This document shows, in pieces, positions 18,068 to 30,005 of a stretch of 38,490 nucleotides of DNA. Position numbers and translations under genes: made by a program. Numbering within the stretch: the stretch's first letter is position 1; each line of letters starts with the position of its first letter. The notes below the pieces were generated by a model, which had not been told where the DNA came from, ran no database searches, and saw only the letters and a list, made by a program, of their open reading frames with translations. This DNA comes from an uncultured Eubacteriales bacterium (GTDB taxonomy: Bacteria > Bacillota > Clostridia > Christensenellales > CAG-138): NCBI GenBank assembly GCA_902790115.1, contig CADAQS010000001.1:1-38490 (forward strand), given 5' to 3'.

Positions 18068-19066
18068 TTACTGAATCTGCGCCTGCACCGCCGTGATCGC
18101 CACGACGGAGACGATGTCCTCTACGCTGCATCCGCGGGAGAGGTCGTTGATCGGCGCCGCAAAGCCCTGGCAGATCGGGCCGATCGCTTCCGCGCCGGCA
18201 AGCCGCTGCACGAGCTTGTAGCCGATGTTGCCCGCCTGCAGATCCGGGAAGATCAGAACGTTCGCCTTGCCCGCAACCGGGGAACCCGGGCTCTTGAGCT
18301 GACCGACCTTTTCGACGAGCGCGGCGTCCGCCTGCAGTTCGCCGTCGACGTTCAGCTCTGGCGCAAGCTCGTGGACGAGCGCGGTCGCCGCAACGACCTT
18401 GTCCACGTTCTCATGCTTGGCGCTGCCCTTGGTGGAGAACGACAGCATCGCAACGCGCGGCTCCATGCCGCAGAGCGCCTTCGCGCTTTCCGCGGACGAG
18501 ATCGCGATCGCGGCGAGCTGTTCCGCCGTCGGGTTCGGGTTGACGGCGCAGTCCGCGAAGATCAGAAGACCGTCGTCGCCGTATGCTTTGTTCGGCACTT
18601 CCATGACGAAGCAGCTCGAAACCGTGCTGATGCCCGGCTTCGTCTTGATGATCTGCAGACCCGGACGCAGCGTGTTGCCGGTCGTGTTGATCGCGCCGGA
18701 AACGAAACCGTCGGCCTTCTTGTCCTTGATCATCATCGCCGCGTAGAACAGCGGGTTGGCGATCATGTCGCGCGCCTTTTCGGGCGTGACGCCCTTGGCC
18801 TTGCGCATCTCGTAGAACCAGTCGCAGTAGCGCTCGTAGTCCTCGGCCTCGGTCGGGTTGATCGTGTCGATGCCGTCAAGCGAGACGCCGTACTTGTTTG
18901 CGACCGCCAAAATCTCTTCCCGCGCGCCGAACAGGGTCACCTTCGCCAGTCCCTCCGCGACGATGCGCGCCGCCGCCTGAACCGTGCGCTCTTCCGTGCC
19001 TTCCGGAAGCAGGATGTGCTTTCGATCCGCTTTTGCTTTTGCCTTGATCGTGTCCATCAATGACAT
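18068..19066 (-). CDS. pta: Phosphate acetyltransferase
   Basis: [61 protein letters not shown]; GGAGG spacing favours ATG 19066 (alternative 19072). Confidence 0.96.
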   Translation of the reverse strand: MSLMDTIKAKAKADRKHILLPEGTEERTVQAAARIVAEGLAKVTLFGAREEILAVANKYGVSLDGIDTINPTEAEDYERYCDWFYEMRKAKGVTPEKARDMIANPLFYAAMMIKDKKADGFVSGAINTTGNTLRPGLQIIKTKPGISTVSSCFVMEVPNKAYGDDGLLIFADCAVNPNPTAEQLAAIAISSAESAKALCGMEPRVAMLSFSTKGSAKHENVDKVVAATALVHELAPELNVDGELQADAALVEKVGQLKSPGSPVAGKANVLIFPDLQAGNIGYKLVQRLAGAEAIGPICQGFAAPINDLSRGCSVEDIVSVVAITAVQAQIQ

Positions 19067-19164
19067 GTCCATAAACCTCCAAAATAAGTTTATAATTTAT
19101 TCTACCATAAGACGCAAAAAAATGGTATACTGGTTTTGAAGAAATTTTCAAAAGAGGTGTCGAT

Positions 19165-20367
19165 ATGCGCGTTACAGGCATCGTTGCGGAATACAATCCG
19201 CTGCACAACGGCCATATTTATCATCTGGAGGAGGCAAAGCGGGTCACCGAAGCCGACTTCTGCATCATCGCAATGTCCGGAAACTTCGTGCAGCGCGGCG
19301 AACCCGCCTGCGCCGACAAGTTCACGCGCGCCGACTGGACGCTGCGCGCCGGCGCGGACATGATCGTCGAGATCCCGCAGTGCCTCGCCGTCGCCTCCGC
19401 CGAGCGGTACGCCGAGGGCGCGGTCAAGCTGCTCGCTGCGACCGGCGTCGTGACCGACCTCGCGTTCGGCGTCGAGACCGACGACGTCGACGCGCTCTAC
19501 CGCGTCGCGGACATTCTGTACCGCGAGCCGCCCGCCTTCCGCACGAACCTTGCCTACCATCTCAAGCAGGGCAAATCCTATCCACGCGCGCAGTTCGACG
19601 CGCTCTGCGATCTCGATATCCCGCGCGGCGACGTCGCGGTTTTGACGCAGCCGAACAACGTCCTTGCCGTCGAGTACCTCAAAGCGCTGCGCCGGTTTGC
19701 GCCGCACATCCGCGCGGTGCCGATCCGCCGGCAGGGCAGCGGCTACAACGATACCGAACTGAGCGGCGCGCTGTCGAGCGCGACCGCGATCCGGCAGGCG
19801 CTGCGCGACGGCAACGACGCGGTTCTGAACAGCCTTCCGCTGTTCGTCAGCGGCGCGATGCGCTTTGACGAGCAGTTCCCGGTCACGCTCGAACAGTTCG
19901 GACCGCTGATCCTGTACCGGCTGCGCGCGATGTCGCTCGAGGAGCTTGCCGCCCTGCCCGACGTGTCCGAAGGCTTCGAGCAGGTGATCGCCCGCGCGGT
20001 GCGCACCGCGCCCGATATTACGACCTTCCTCGAATCGATCAAATCCAAGCGCTACACGATGGCGCGCTGCAAGCGCATCGCCGTCTCCGCGCTGCTGCAT
20101 ATCCCGGGCGGACTCTCGGACGAGCTGCTCGGCGATCCGAAAAACCTCTACCTCCGCGTACTCGGCTTTCTGACCGCGTCGCGCGGGCTGCTTGCCGCGA
20201 TGGCGAGCGTCGGCAGCGCGCCGGTAATCCTACGGAATTCCGACCTGTCCGCCTGCACCGACACCGCGCGCGATTCGATGGCGATCGACGCGTTCGCAAC
20301 CGATCTGTTCGGCTACGTGCTCGGACGCGAGGTGCACCGCGACGCGATGAGCGCGCTGAAGCTGTAA
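19165..20367 (+). CDS. tmcAL: tRNA(Met) cytidine acetate ligase (YlbM/HIGH nucleotidyltransferase family)
   Basis: GIVAEYNPLHNGH.YH, MSGNFVQRGEPA, PNNVLAVEY, SSATAIR, KSKRYT; divergent from pta-ackA as is common in Clostridia. Confidence 0.9.
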   Translation: MRVTGIVAEYNPLHNGHIYHLEEAKRVTEADFCIIAMSGNFVQRGEPACADKFTRADWTLRAGADMIVEIPQCLAVASAERYAEGAVKLLAATGVVTDLAFGVETDDVDALYRVADILYREPPAFRTNLAYHLKQGKSYPRAQFDALCDLDIPRGDVAVLTQPNNVLAVEYLKALRRFAPHIRAVPIRRQGSGYNDTELSGALSSATAIRQALRDGNDAVLNSLPLFVSGAMRFDEQFPVTLEQFGPLILYRLRAMSLEELAALPDVSEGFEQVIARAVRTAPDITTFLESIKSKRYTMARCKRIAVSALLHIPGGLSDELLGDPKNLYLRVLGFLTASRGLLAAMASVGSAPVILRNSDLSACTDTARDSMAIDAFATDLFGYVLGREVHRDAMSALKL

Positions 20368-20381
20368 CGATCCCGCTTTTT

Positions 20382-20412
20382 CAAAGGACTTTCCGCGCGA
20401 AAGTCCTTTTTT
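20382..20412 (+). terminator. Intrinsic terminator of tmcAL
   Basis: aaaggactttc-cgcgc-gaaagtccttt followed by ttt. Confidence 0.85.
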
Positions 20413-20420
20413 CATACAAA

Positions 20421-20452
20421 TGCAACCTTTCGGCCGCGATCGGCATCTAATA
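20421..20452 (+). promoter_or_regulatory. Putative ECF-sigma autoregulatory promoter
   Basis: TGCAAC-N16-GCATCTAATA upstream of the ECF sigma gene; AAC at -35 and C[AG]TC at -10 are typical of ECF promoters. Confidence 0.55.
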
Positions 20453-20515
20453 AATGAACGATCGTGAAAGACGCCCGAAACCGGAGCCGGCTCCGGCGGG
20501 CGAAAGGAGTCACAT

Positions 20516-21010
20516 ATGCACAGTCCCAAGGACAAACAATGGTTCACCGAGCAGGTGCGGCCGATGCTCGACACGCTGTACCGGACCGCCTACGCGCTGC
20601 TGCAGAACGACGCAGACGCGCAGGACGCGGCGCAGAGCAGCGTCGAACAGGCCTATACCGCGCTCGGCTCGCTGAAAGACCGGTCGAAATTCCGGCCGTG
20701 GCTGCTGCGGATCCTGAAAAACGAGTGTTACCGGATCCTGCGCGTCAAAAAGCGCGTCATCCCGTTCGACGATCTGCCGGAAACCGGCAGCCAGCCGACC
20801 GATACGCTCGATCTGAAGACGGCGTTTTTGCGCCTGTCCGCGGAAAGCCGCCTTTCCGTCACCCTGTACTACTTCGAAGGCTACTCGATCGAGGAGATCG
20901 CCGCCCTGCTCCGTGAGCCGGTCGGCACGGTCAAGAGCCGCCTTTCCCGCGCGCGCAAAACATTGCGCCGCGAACTGTCCGACCCGGAGGTGTCCCATGC
21001 AGAAAACTGA
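20516..21010 (+). CDS. ECF-type RNA polymerase sigma factor
   Basis: Region 2 LYRTAYALLQNDADAQDAAQ..FRPWLLRILKNEC; region 4 LYYFEGYSIEEIA.LL..PVGTVKSRLSRAR; GAAAGGAG RBS. Confidence 0.93.
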   Translation: MHSPKDKQWFTEQVRPMLDTLYRTAYALLQNDADAQDAAQSSVEQAYTALGSLKDRSKFRPWLLRILKNECYRILRVKKRVIPFDDLPETGSQPTDTLDLKTAFLRLSAESRLSVTLYYFEGYSIEEIAALLREPVGTVKSRLSRARKTLRRELSDPEVSHAEN

Positions 21011-22727
21011 CGTTTCATCCGATATGCTGTTCCCCAATCCGCCCGCTTCCTACTATGCACGCATGGAGGCGACGCTCGACGCGCTGCCCGTCAGACGGCG
21101 CAGCTTCACGACCGGCCGCATCAGCCGCCGGCAGTTCATCATCCTGATCGCGGCGCTGTCCGTCATGCTGATCGCAGGCACCGCGCTTGCGGTCGGACTC
21201 ACCCGCATGCAGGCCATGCGCGAATCCGGTCTCCATAAGATCGATACCTACACCGGCATGGTCAAGGGCACCGTGCTGCCGAGCGCCGAGATTCCGTCCA
21301 ACACGATCGATTCCGACGCCTATATCCCGATCGGCGTCGGCATGAACGACGCGCAGGGCGACTGGCAGCCGATGATCATCGAGGACCTCGATACCGCCGC
21401 AACGGTCGGCGCGTTCACGGTGCGGCTCGAAAACATCACCTACCACAATCCCGGCGAAAAGCGCATGCTGCTCATCGGTATGACCATCGAGGCCGAATCG
21501 CCCGCCGAATACCGGTTTGCGCCGTTCCTCCTCTCGATCAACGGCGGCGAGTCGATTTGTGACAACTCCTCCCGCAGCCTTGCGGAGAACCCGTCGGTCA
21601 CGCCGACGCCCGCGCCGTATGAGTGGCCGTATTCCGAGGATCGCGTTCTCGGCGAGGGCGGCACGATGCGCGACATCTTCGATCTGTTCTATACGGTCGA
21701 CGAGAACCCCCTCCGCCCCGACACGACGTTTACGTTCACATCCGAGCTGAACGGCGAGCCGTTCGCCCTGACCTATGTTCTGACCGCCGAACGGTTCGAA
21801 ACGATCCGGCAGCAGACGCTGACCGCGCTCGACAACTATGCGACGCTTTTGAAGGACGTTCCCGACAACCCGATCCCGCTCGGCGCCAAGTTCGCCGGCT
21901 ATATCGTAACCGAGGTCGCCTTCTCGGATCATTGGCTCTACTATACGGTTGAATCCGATCCGGAATACTGGGCGGATCACCCGAGCGGACGGGAAAATCT
22001 GCCGTTTTCCAAATACGATGACGACGGATTCTATGTCGCCGTGGACGGCATGCTTTCCGAATTCGAGTTCATCAGCGCCGAGCATGACGCCGACGGACAT
22101 CCGCTGTCCCAGATGTTCCGCGCCTACCTGCCCTACGGCGACGCGCTGCCCGAGCGGTCACTTATCACGGTCGAGGGCGCGCCGTTTTACATCGAATGGG
22201 CGACCGGCAAGGTCACGCTGCCCAAAGACGACGCCGAGGCGCTTGCCTGGCGGCAGCAGAGCGAAGCGCTGTCGGCAAAGGACGGCGAATACGATTCCAA
22301 TCATCTGGCAAAGCCGGACGTTCCGGCCGAAACGTTCACGGTCAAAGAGCTCGTGTACATGAACCGCGTCGGGCTGATCAGCGAAATCGGCGTCATCCTC
22401 GAAACCGACGAGCCGGTCTCCAAGCCGTTTGACGGTCGGGACCGCCAGCCGATCGTGACGATTGCGGATCAGCAGCTCGAAAGCGTTGCGTTCGATTACG
22501 ACGCGCTCGACCGGTTCAGCGGCGGCACGGAAAACGGCGGACGGCGCGTAGGCTTCCTCTTCCACGGCCCGGCGCTGCGGCTGCTGCCCGACACGTTCTT
22601 CGTCACGGTGGAATGGAACGGCAGCAAGACGCGCTTTACGATGAACAAATCCGACCTGATCGCCTGCTACGGCGAGGAGGACTGGGAACAGTTCGGAAAG
22701 ACCTACAGCCGCATCTTCAATATCTGA
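20997..22727 (+). CDS. Putative membrane-anchored anti-sigma factor with large extracellular domain (576 aa)
   Basis: Overlaps the sigma stop; GGAGGTG RBS; short cytoplasmic N-terminus, basic patch, one TM helix (FIILIAALSVMLIAGTALAVG), about 500-aa acidic beta-rich ectodomain. Confidence 0.7.
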   Translation: MQKTDVSSDMLFPNPPASYYARMEATLDALPVRRRSFTTGRISRRQFIILIAALSVMLIAGTALAVGLTRMQAMRESGLHKIDTYTGMVKGTVLPSAEIPSNTIDSDAYIPIGVGMNDAQGDWQPMIIEDLDTAATVGAFTVRLENITYHNPGEKRMLLIGMTIEAESPAEYRFAPFLLSINGGESICDNSSRSLAENPSVTPTPAPYEWPYSEDRVLGEGGTMRDIFDLFYTVDENPLRPDTTFTFTSELNGEPFALTYVLTAERFETIRQQTLTALDNYATLLKDVPDNPIPLGAKFAGYIVTEVAFSDHWLYYTVESDPEYWADHPSGRENLPFSKYDDDGFYVAVDGMLSEFEFISAEHDADGHPLSQMFRAYLPYGDALPERSLITVEGAPFYIEWATGKVTLPKDDAEALAWRQQSEALSAKDGEYDSNHLAKPDVPAETFTVKELVYMNRVGLISEIGVILETDEPVSKPFDGRDRQPIVTIADQQLESVAFDYDALDRFSGGTENGGRRVGFLFHGPALRLLPDTFFVTVEWNGSKTRFTMNKSDLIACYGEEDWEQFGKTYSRIFNI

Positions 22728-22758
22728 TCTTCTTCCCGCACACGGTTTCTTCCCCACA

Positions 22759-22832
22759 GCAAACGCGCCCCGGTTTTTCGGGGCGCGTTCGCATGAATAA
22801 CACACAAAGCCGGACTTCCGTCCGGCTTTTTA
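22759..22832. terminator. Two hairpins between the convergent anti-sigma and copA genes
   Basis: aacgcgccccg-gtttt(t)-cggggcgcgtt and aaagccggac-ttcc-gtccggcttttt. Confidence 0.75.
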
Positions 22833-22849
22833 TCCGTTTGTTCCGAAGC

Positions 22850-25399
22850 TCACGCTTCCTTGATCCCGAGATACGCGTACCCCGCTTTTTCGATCGCGGC
22901 GCGGACGGCGGGCTCATCGAATGGCGCCGAAAGGCGCACGGTCACGGCGTTCTGCGTGTGATCCGCAACAGCTTCTGCGACGCCCGGCAGCGCTTCGAGC
23001 GCCTTTTTGACGGTCGCTTCGCAGTGCGGGCACATCATGCCCTCGACCGAGAGCGTCAGCGTCTGCGGTTGTGCGGGATCCGGTTCCGGCGCGGCTTCGA
23101 CCGGACAGGCGGCGGGTTCGGGCACGGCTTTGGTCTTGCGCCTGCGGTCGTGCGAGGCGTCATGGAGCTTGAACAGGTTCAGCCGCAGCGCGTTGGTGAC
23201 GACGCAGAAGCTTGACAGGCTCATCGCGGCGGCGCCGAACATCGGGTTCAGCGCCCAGCCGAACAACGCGATGAACGCGCCGGCGGCGAGCGGAATGCCG
23301 ATGATATTATAGAAGAACGCCCAGAACAGGTTCTCGTGAATGTTGCGCAGCGTCGCGCGCGAAAGCCGGATCGCCGCGGGCACGTCTAAAAGGCGCGAGT
23401 GCATCAGCACGACGTCGGCCGCATCAATCGCCACGTCGGTTCCGGCGCCGATCGCAATGCCGATGTCCGCACGCGTCAGCGCCGGCGCGTCGTTGATGCC
23501 GTCGCCGACCATGGCGACCCTGCCGCAGCGCGAAAGATCGCGGATCACGGCTTCCTTGCCGTCGGGCAGCACGCCCGCGATGACCTCATCGACGCCGGCA
23601 AGCCGCCCGATCGCGTTGGCCGTGCGCTCGTTGTCGCCGGTCAGCATGACCACGCGGATGCCCATGTTGCGGAGCTGCCGGATCGCCTCCGGGCTGTCCT
23701 CCTTCAGAACGTCCGCGACCGCAATGACGCCGAGCAGCGTTTTTTCGCGGACAAAGAACAGCGGCGTCTTGCCCTCGTCGGAGAGCGCTTTGGCGCGCTG
23801 CCGGATTGTTTCGGGCACGGCGGTCTGCGTTTCGATAAACTTCAGGCTCCCGCCGAGCAGCGTTTTTCCGTTCTGCTCCGCGCGGATGCCATTGCCGGGC
23901 AGCGCGGTAAAGTCCTGCACCGGCGCGGGCGCGACGCCCTGCCGGGTCGCCTCGTCCAGGATCGCCCGCGCAAGCGGATGCTCGCTGCGCTGTTCGATCG
24001 CGGCGGCAAGCGTCAAAAGTTCGGTTTCGGAAACGCCGTTGGGCACGATATCGGTGACCTTCGGCTCGCCGAGCGTGATCGTGCCGGTCTTGTCGAGCGC
24101 GATCACGTCCACCTTGCCCGCCTGCTCGAGCGAGACCGCGGTCTTGAACAGGATGCCGTTTTTGGCGCCGACGCCGTTGCCGACCATGATTGCGACCGGC
24201 GTCGCAAGGCCGAGCGCGCACGGGCAGCTGATGACCAGCACCGAAATGCCGCGCGCAAGCGCGTACCCGAACGGGCGTCCGACCAGCAGCCAGATCAGAA
24301 GCGTGACCGCGGCGATCGAAATGACCGTCGGCACGAATACGCCGGACACCCTGTCCGCGATCTTGGCGATCGGCGCCTTGGTCGCGGCCGCGTCGCTGAC
24401 CATTTGGATGATCCGGCTCAGCGTCGTGTCCTCGCCGACGCGCGTCGCTTCGCATTTCAGCCAGCCGCTCTGGTTGACCGTCGCCGCGGAGACCGGATCG
24501 CCCTGCGCCTTGTCGACCGGGATGCTCTCGCCGGTCAGCGCGGATTCGTTGACCGCGCTCGTGCCCTCGAGCACGACGCCGTCGACCGGGATGCTGTCGC
24601 CCGGCCGCACGACGAACACGTCGCCCTTCTGCACCGATTCGATCGGCACTTCGGTCTCGACGCCGCCGCGCAGAACGACGGCGGTCTTGGGCGCAAGCTT
24701 CATCAATCCCTTCAGCGCGTCGGTCGTCCTGCCCTTGGAGCGCGCCTCGAGCATCTTGCCGACCGTGATCAGCGTCAGGATCATCGCTGCGGACTCAAAA
24801 TAGAAGTCCATCCTATAGCGCATGACCGCTTCGCTGTCGCCGTCCGTGACCGCACGGGTCATCGCCAGCAGCACGCCGACGCTCCATGCAAACGACACGA
24901 ACGAGCCGAGCGCGACGAGCGTGTCCATGTTCGGCGCGCGGTGCCACAGCGCCTTGAACCCGCTGATAAAGAATTTCTGGTTGATCACCAGGATCGCGGC
25001 GGAAAGGATCATCTGCACCAGCCCCATCGCGACATGGTTGTTGTCAAAGAAGTGCGGCAGCGGCCAGTTCCACATCATGTGTCCCATCGAAACGTATAGC
25101 AGCGGCAGCAGCAGCGCGATCGACGCGATCAGGCGCTTCTTCAGCACCGGCGTCTCGCGGTCCTTCAGCGCATCCTCCGCATCCGGCGCCGCCTTTTGCG
25201 CGCGCTTCTGCGAAGCGCCGTAGCCGGCGTTTTCGACCGCCGCTATGATCGCCGCGGGACTTGCCGTGCCCTCAACGCCCATCGAATTGGTCAAAAGGCT
25301 GACCGAACAGGCCGTGACGCCCTCTACGGCATTCACCGCCTTCTCCACGCGCGCGGCGCACGCGGCGCAGCTCATTCCGGTTACGTTGTACTGTTCCAT
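22850..25399 (-). CDS. copA: Cu(I)-translocating P1B-type ATPase with N- and C-terminal HMA domains
   Basis: [41 protein letters not shown] and MSLSS (P1B-1 ligands), C-terminal GMMCPHC; AGGAG RBS. Confidence 0.93.
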   Translation of the reverse strand: MEQYNVTGMSCAACAARVEKAVNAVEGVTACSVSLLTNSMGVEGTASPAAIIAAVENAGYGASQKRAQKAAPDAEDALKDRETPVLKKRLIASIALLLPLLYVSMGHMMWNWPLPHFFDNNHVAMGLVQMILSAAILVINQKFFISGFKALWHRAPNMDTLVALGSFVSFAWSVGVLLAMTRAVTDGDSEAVMRYRMDFYFESAAMILTLITVGKMLEARSKGRTTDALKGLMKLAPKTAVVLRGGVETEVPIESVQKGDVFVVRPGDSIPVDGVVLEGTSAVNESALTGESIPVDKAQGDPVSAATVNQSGWLKCEATRVGEDTTLSRIIQMVSDAAATKAPIAKIADRVSGVFVPTVISIAAVTLLIWLLVGRPFGYALARGISVLVISCPCALGLATPVAIMVGNGVGAKNGILFKTAVSLEQAGKVDVIALDKTGTITLGEPKVTDIVPNGVSETELLTLAAAIEQRSEHPLARAILDEATRQGVAPAPVQDFTALPGNGIRAEQNGKTLLGGSLKFIETQTAVPETIRQRAKALSDEGKTPLFFVREKTLLGVIAVADVLKEDSPEAIRQLRNMGIRVVMLTGDNERTANAIGRLAGVDEVIAGVLPDGKEAVIRDLSRCGRVAMVGDGINDAPALTRADIGIAIGAGTDVAIDAADVVLMHSRLLDVPAAIRLSRATLRNIHENLFWAFFYNIIGIPLAAGAFIALFGWALNPMFGAAAMSLSSFCVVTNALRLNLFKLHDASHDRRRKTKAVPEPAACPVEAAPEPDPAQPQTLTLSVEGMMCPHCEATVKKALEALPGVAEAVADHTQNAVTVRLSAPFDEPAVRAAIEKAGYAYLGIKEA

Positions 25400-25462
25400 A
25401 TTCGCTCCTTTTGCGGGGCTTTTGCCCGCCTTGCGCTCTAAACCCAAGCAATTTACTCGTGT

Positions 25463-25491
25463 ATTATAGTCCCTTTCTTCGCGCTTGTCAA
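25463..25491 (-). promoter_or_regulatory. Consensus sigmaA promoter of copA
   Basis: TTGACA(25491-25486)-N17-TATAAT(25468-25463). Confidence 0.8.
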
Positions 25492-25507
25492 CCGGCGCAA
25501 AAGGGCG

Positions 25508-25549
25508 AAAGAAAAGGGACCGTCCGCAAAGAACGCGGACAGTCCCTTC
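25508..25549 (-). terminator. Intrinsic terminator after hisS-aspS-trxA
   Basis: aagggac.gtccgc...gcggac.gtccctt stem with TTTTCTTT on the minus strand. Confidence 0.75.
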
Positions 25550-25560
25550 GGTTCGGTGGA

Positions 25561-25881
25561 TTACAGCACCTGCTGCAGCATCTGCTCGAGCAGCGCCTTC
25601 GGGCGGGCGCCCGCCGACTGCTCGACAATCTCGCCGTCCTTGAGCAGAACGAGGTTCGGGATCGACGCGACGCGGAAGCGCTGCGCAAGACCCGGCTCGT
25701 CATCGACGTCCACCTTGACGAAGGTGATGCGGTCGCCGTACTGCTCCGCAAGCTGTTCCACAAACGGGGACACCATGCGGCACGGGCCGCACCAGGTCGC
25801 CCAGAAATCGACAAAGACGGGTTTGCCGCCTTTCAGCAGCGCGTCAAAGTTCTCGCTCGTTCCGACTGTTACGTTTGCCAT
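25561..25881 (-). CDS. trxA: Thioredoxin
   Basis: [21 protein letters not shown]; AGGAGG RBS before ATG 25881. Confidence 0.95.
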   Translation of the reverse strand: MANVTVGTSENFDALLKGGKPVFVDFWATWCGPCRMVSPFVEQLAEQYGDRITFVKVDVDDEPGLAQRFRVASIPNLVLLKDGEIVEQSAGARPKALLEQMLQQVL

Positions 25882-25909
25882 GGATTGCCTCCTGTTGTGA
25901 TGGTTGGGG

Positions 25910-27694
<1,785 letters not shown>

Positions 27695-27701
27695 ACTTTC
27701 C

Positions 27702-28961
27702 TCACTTCAAATGATTTGCGATCGCTTCGGGCGTCAGTTCCGTTTCGGTCTGCTCGCCCGTTTTCATGTTCTTCAGGACAGCCCTGCCCTGTTCGATCTC
27801 GTTGTCGCCGAGCACGAGCACGTTCGCCGCGCCGGTCTTGTCCGCGTACTTCATCTGCGCCTTGACGCTGCGGCCGAGGTGGTCGACGTCGATGCAAAGT
27901 CCCTTTTTGCGCAGCTGCTGGGCGAGTACGAACGCCCGTTCCTTGCCCGCGTCGCCCAGACCCACGAGCATCAGATCGTAGCGCAGCGGCTTTTCGACCG
28001 TGACGCCGAGCTGATCCATGATCAGCAGCAGCCGCTCCATGCCGAGGCCGAAGCCGACCGCCGGCATCTCGGGACCGCCGAGCTCGTGAATGAGGCCGTC
28101 GTAGCGCCCGCCGCCGCACAGCGTTCCCTGCGCGCCGGGCATGCCGGAGACGATCTCGAACACGGTCTTGGTGTAGTAATCAAGCCCGCGGACGAGCATC
28201 GGGTCGAGTTCGTAGCGGATGCCGATCGCGTCGAGCAGATGCGTCAGCTTGTCCATGTGGTCGCGGCACTCGTCGCAGACGTAGTCCATCGTGTGCGGCG
28301 CGGCCTTGACGATCTCTTTGCAGGTATCGACCTTGCAGTCGAGGATGCGCAAAGGATTGGTCTCAAAGCGCTGCTTGCAGGTGTCGCACAGCTCGTCGTA
28401 ACGGCTCGAAAGGTATTCCTTGAGCGCCGCCTGATAGCGGCCGCGGCACTTCGGGCAGCCGATGCTGTTGAGCTTGATCGTAAGGTCGTGCACGCCGATC
28501 GTGTCGAACAGCTCCGCGGCGATCGCGATGACCTCGGCGTCGGCGGACGGATTCGGCGCGCCGAACACCTCGACGCCGAACTGGTGATGCTCCCGGAGCC
28601 GCCCGGCCTGCGGACGCTCATACCGGAACACCGGGCAGTAGAGGTAATACATCTTGGTCGGCTGCGCTTCGGAAAACAGACCGTTTTCGACGAACATGCG
28701 CACCGCGCCGGCGGTTCCTTCGGGCTTTAAGGTGATGCTGCGGTCGCCCTTGTCGGTGAACGTGTACATCTCCTTCTGCACGATGTCGGTCGTGTCGCCG
28801 ACGCCGCGCAAAAACAGCTCGGTATGCTCAATGCACGGCGTGCGCGCTTCTAAAAGACCGTACTTTTTCACGATGCCCCGCATCGTCTGCTCCAGATACT
28901 GCCAGCGATAGCTCTCCTCGGGCAGTACGTCTTTGGTCCCTTTCGGTGCTTTGTAAGCCAT
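27702..28961 (-). CDS. hisS: Histidine--tRNA ligase
   Basis: APKGTKD, TDIVQKEMY, LKPEGTA, FRYERPQAGR.RE, LVRGLDYY, GGGRYDGL, GFGLGMERL; start ATG 28961. Confidence 0.97.
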   Translation of the reverse strand: MAYKAPKGTKDVLPEESYRWQYLEQTMRGIVKKYGLLEARTPCIEHTELFLRGVGDTTDIVQKEMYTFTDKGDRSITLKPEGTAGAVRMFVENGLFSEAQPTKMYYLYCPVFRYERPQAGRLREHHQFGVEVFGAPNPSADAEVIAIAAELFDTIGVHDLTIKLNSIGCPKCRGRYQAALKEYLSSRYDELCDTCKQRFETNPLRILDCKVDTCKEIVKAAPHTMDYVCDECRDHMDKLTHLLDAIGIRYELDPMLVRGLDYYTKTVFEIVSGMPGAQGTLCGGGRYDGLIHELGGPEMPAVGFGLGMERLLLIMDQLGVTVEKPLRYDLMLVGLGDAGKERAFVLAQQLRKKGLCIDVDHLGRSVKAQMKYADKTGAANVLVLGDNEIEQGRAVLKNMKTGEQTETELTPEAIANHLK

Positions 28962-28974
28962 AACCCTCTCCTTT

Positions 28975-29205
28975 TGAAAAAATAAACGCGGTCCTTCCAT
29001 CGAAAGGGACGGAAAGCCCGCGGTGCCACCCTGCTTCGTGAGAAACCTCACGCACTCTTTTCCGATAACGCAGAAAACGCGGCATGCCTTTTTTTGACAT
29101 GCGGCTCCCGGGTGTCGTTCGCCGGATCGGAACCGCGCGCCTTTCAGCCCTGGGCGCGCTCTCTAAGGGATCCGAAGCCGGTTACTCTTCCGCTCATCGC
29201 CTTTC
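28975..29205 (-). ncRNA. T-box riboswitch leader of hisS-aspS (Asp specifier likely)
   Basis: GA motif GCGAUGA, AGUA, AGAGAG and GCUGAAA loops, specifier loop GAAC-GAC-A, T-box AGGGUGGCACCGCG (29032-29019), terminator and U-tract before the RBS. Confidence 0.93.
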
Positions 29206-29210
29206 TACTG

Positions 29211-29239
29211 ATTATATCGGCCGTCCGCGCCCGTGTCAA
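29211..29239 (-). promoter_or_regulatory. Consensus sigmaA promoter of T-box-hisS-aspS
   Basis: TTGACA-N17-TATAAT. Confidence 0.85.
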
Positions 29240-29266
29240 GCATGTTTGCACGGATTTTGCAGTCTT

Positions 29267-29887
29267 TCAGGCAAACAGCTCGGGATGATTCGCCAGCGCG
29301 TCGGCTTCGGAAAGCGTTCGGATGACGCGGCACGGATTGCCCGCCGCGATCACGCCGTCCGGAAGGTCGCGCGTGACGACGCTGCCCGCGCCGATCACGC
29401 AGTTTTTCCCGATCGTGACGCCGCCGCAGACGGTGACGTTCGCCGCGATCCAGCAGCCGTCCCCGATCGTGATCGGTTTGGCGTACTCGAGATCGTACCA
29501 GCTGCCGTCGGGCTTCTGCCGTAAGGCGCGGTCGGCGGAAAGCAGCGGATGCATCGGCGGCATCAGCGAGCAGTTCGGTCCGAAGAACACGTCGTCCCCG
29601 ATCACGACCGGCGCGCAATCGAGCACCGTCAGGTTGTAATTGACAAAGCAGCGCGCGCCGAAGGTCGTAAAGCAGCCGTAGTCGAACTGCAGCGGCGCGT
29701 TGATCCACGACTCTGCGCCGAGATTCGGCACAAGCTCCTTCAGCAGCGTCTCCTGTCGGTCCCCGTCGTCGGGATCGCAGTCGTTGTACGCCTTGCAGAG
29801 CCGCCGCGCCCGCGCGCGAAGCGATACCAGCTCCTCGTCCGTCGGGTCGTAGAGTTTTCCGCCGAGCATCTTTTCCCGTTCCGTCAT
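29267..29887 (-). CDS. maa: Sugar (maltose/galactoside) O-acetyltransferase
   Basis: MTEREKML.GKLY, DYG, NYNLTVLDCAPVVIG, EYAKPITIGDGCWI, GAGSVVTRD, GNPCRV hexapeptide repeats; GGAGG RBS. Confidence 0.9.
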   Translation of the reverse strand: MTEREKMLGGKLYDPTDEELVSLRARARRLCKAYNDCDPDDGDRQETLLKELVPNLGAESWINAPLQFDYGCFTTFGARCFVNYNLTVLDCAPVVIGDDVFFGPNCSLMPPMHPLLSADRALRQKPDGSWYDLEYAKPITIGDGCWIAANVTVCGGVTIGKNCVIGAGSVVTRDLPDGVIAAGNPCRVIRTLSEADALANHPELFA

Positions 29888-30005
29888 ATCCGCCTCCCGC
29901 AAATTTCGCTGCTCCCATTATAGCCGATACCGGCGCGGCTGTCCACCGGAAAAAAGCATATCCGTCCGCGCGGCCGCATAGGATAGCGGCGAAGGGGGTG
30001 CGAGA

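Noticed and set aside
19134-19153. ttttgaa-N6-ttcaaaa inverted repeat between pta and tmcAL as a Rex site
   Set aside because: Rex consensus is TTGTGAA-N4-TTCACAA; spacing and bases differ, and the region is AT-rich.
28962-29051. N-terminal extension of the hisS ORF
   Set aside because: It runs through the T-box antiterminator and terminator; the real start is ATG 28961 with an AGGAGAGG RBS.
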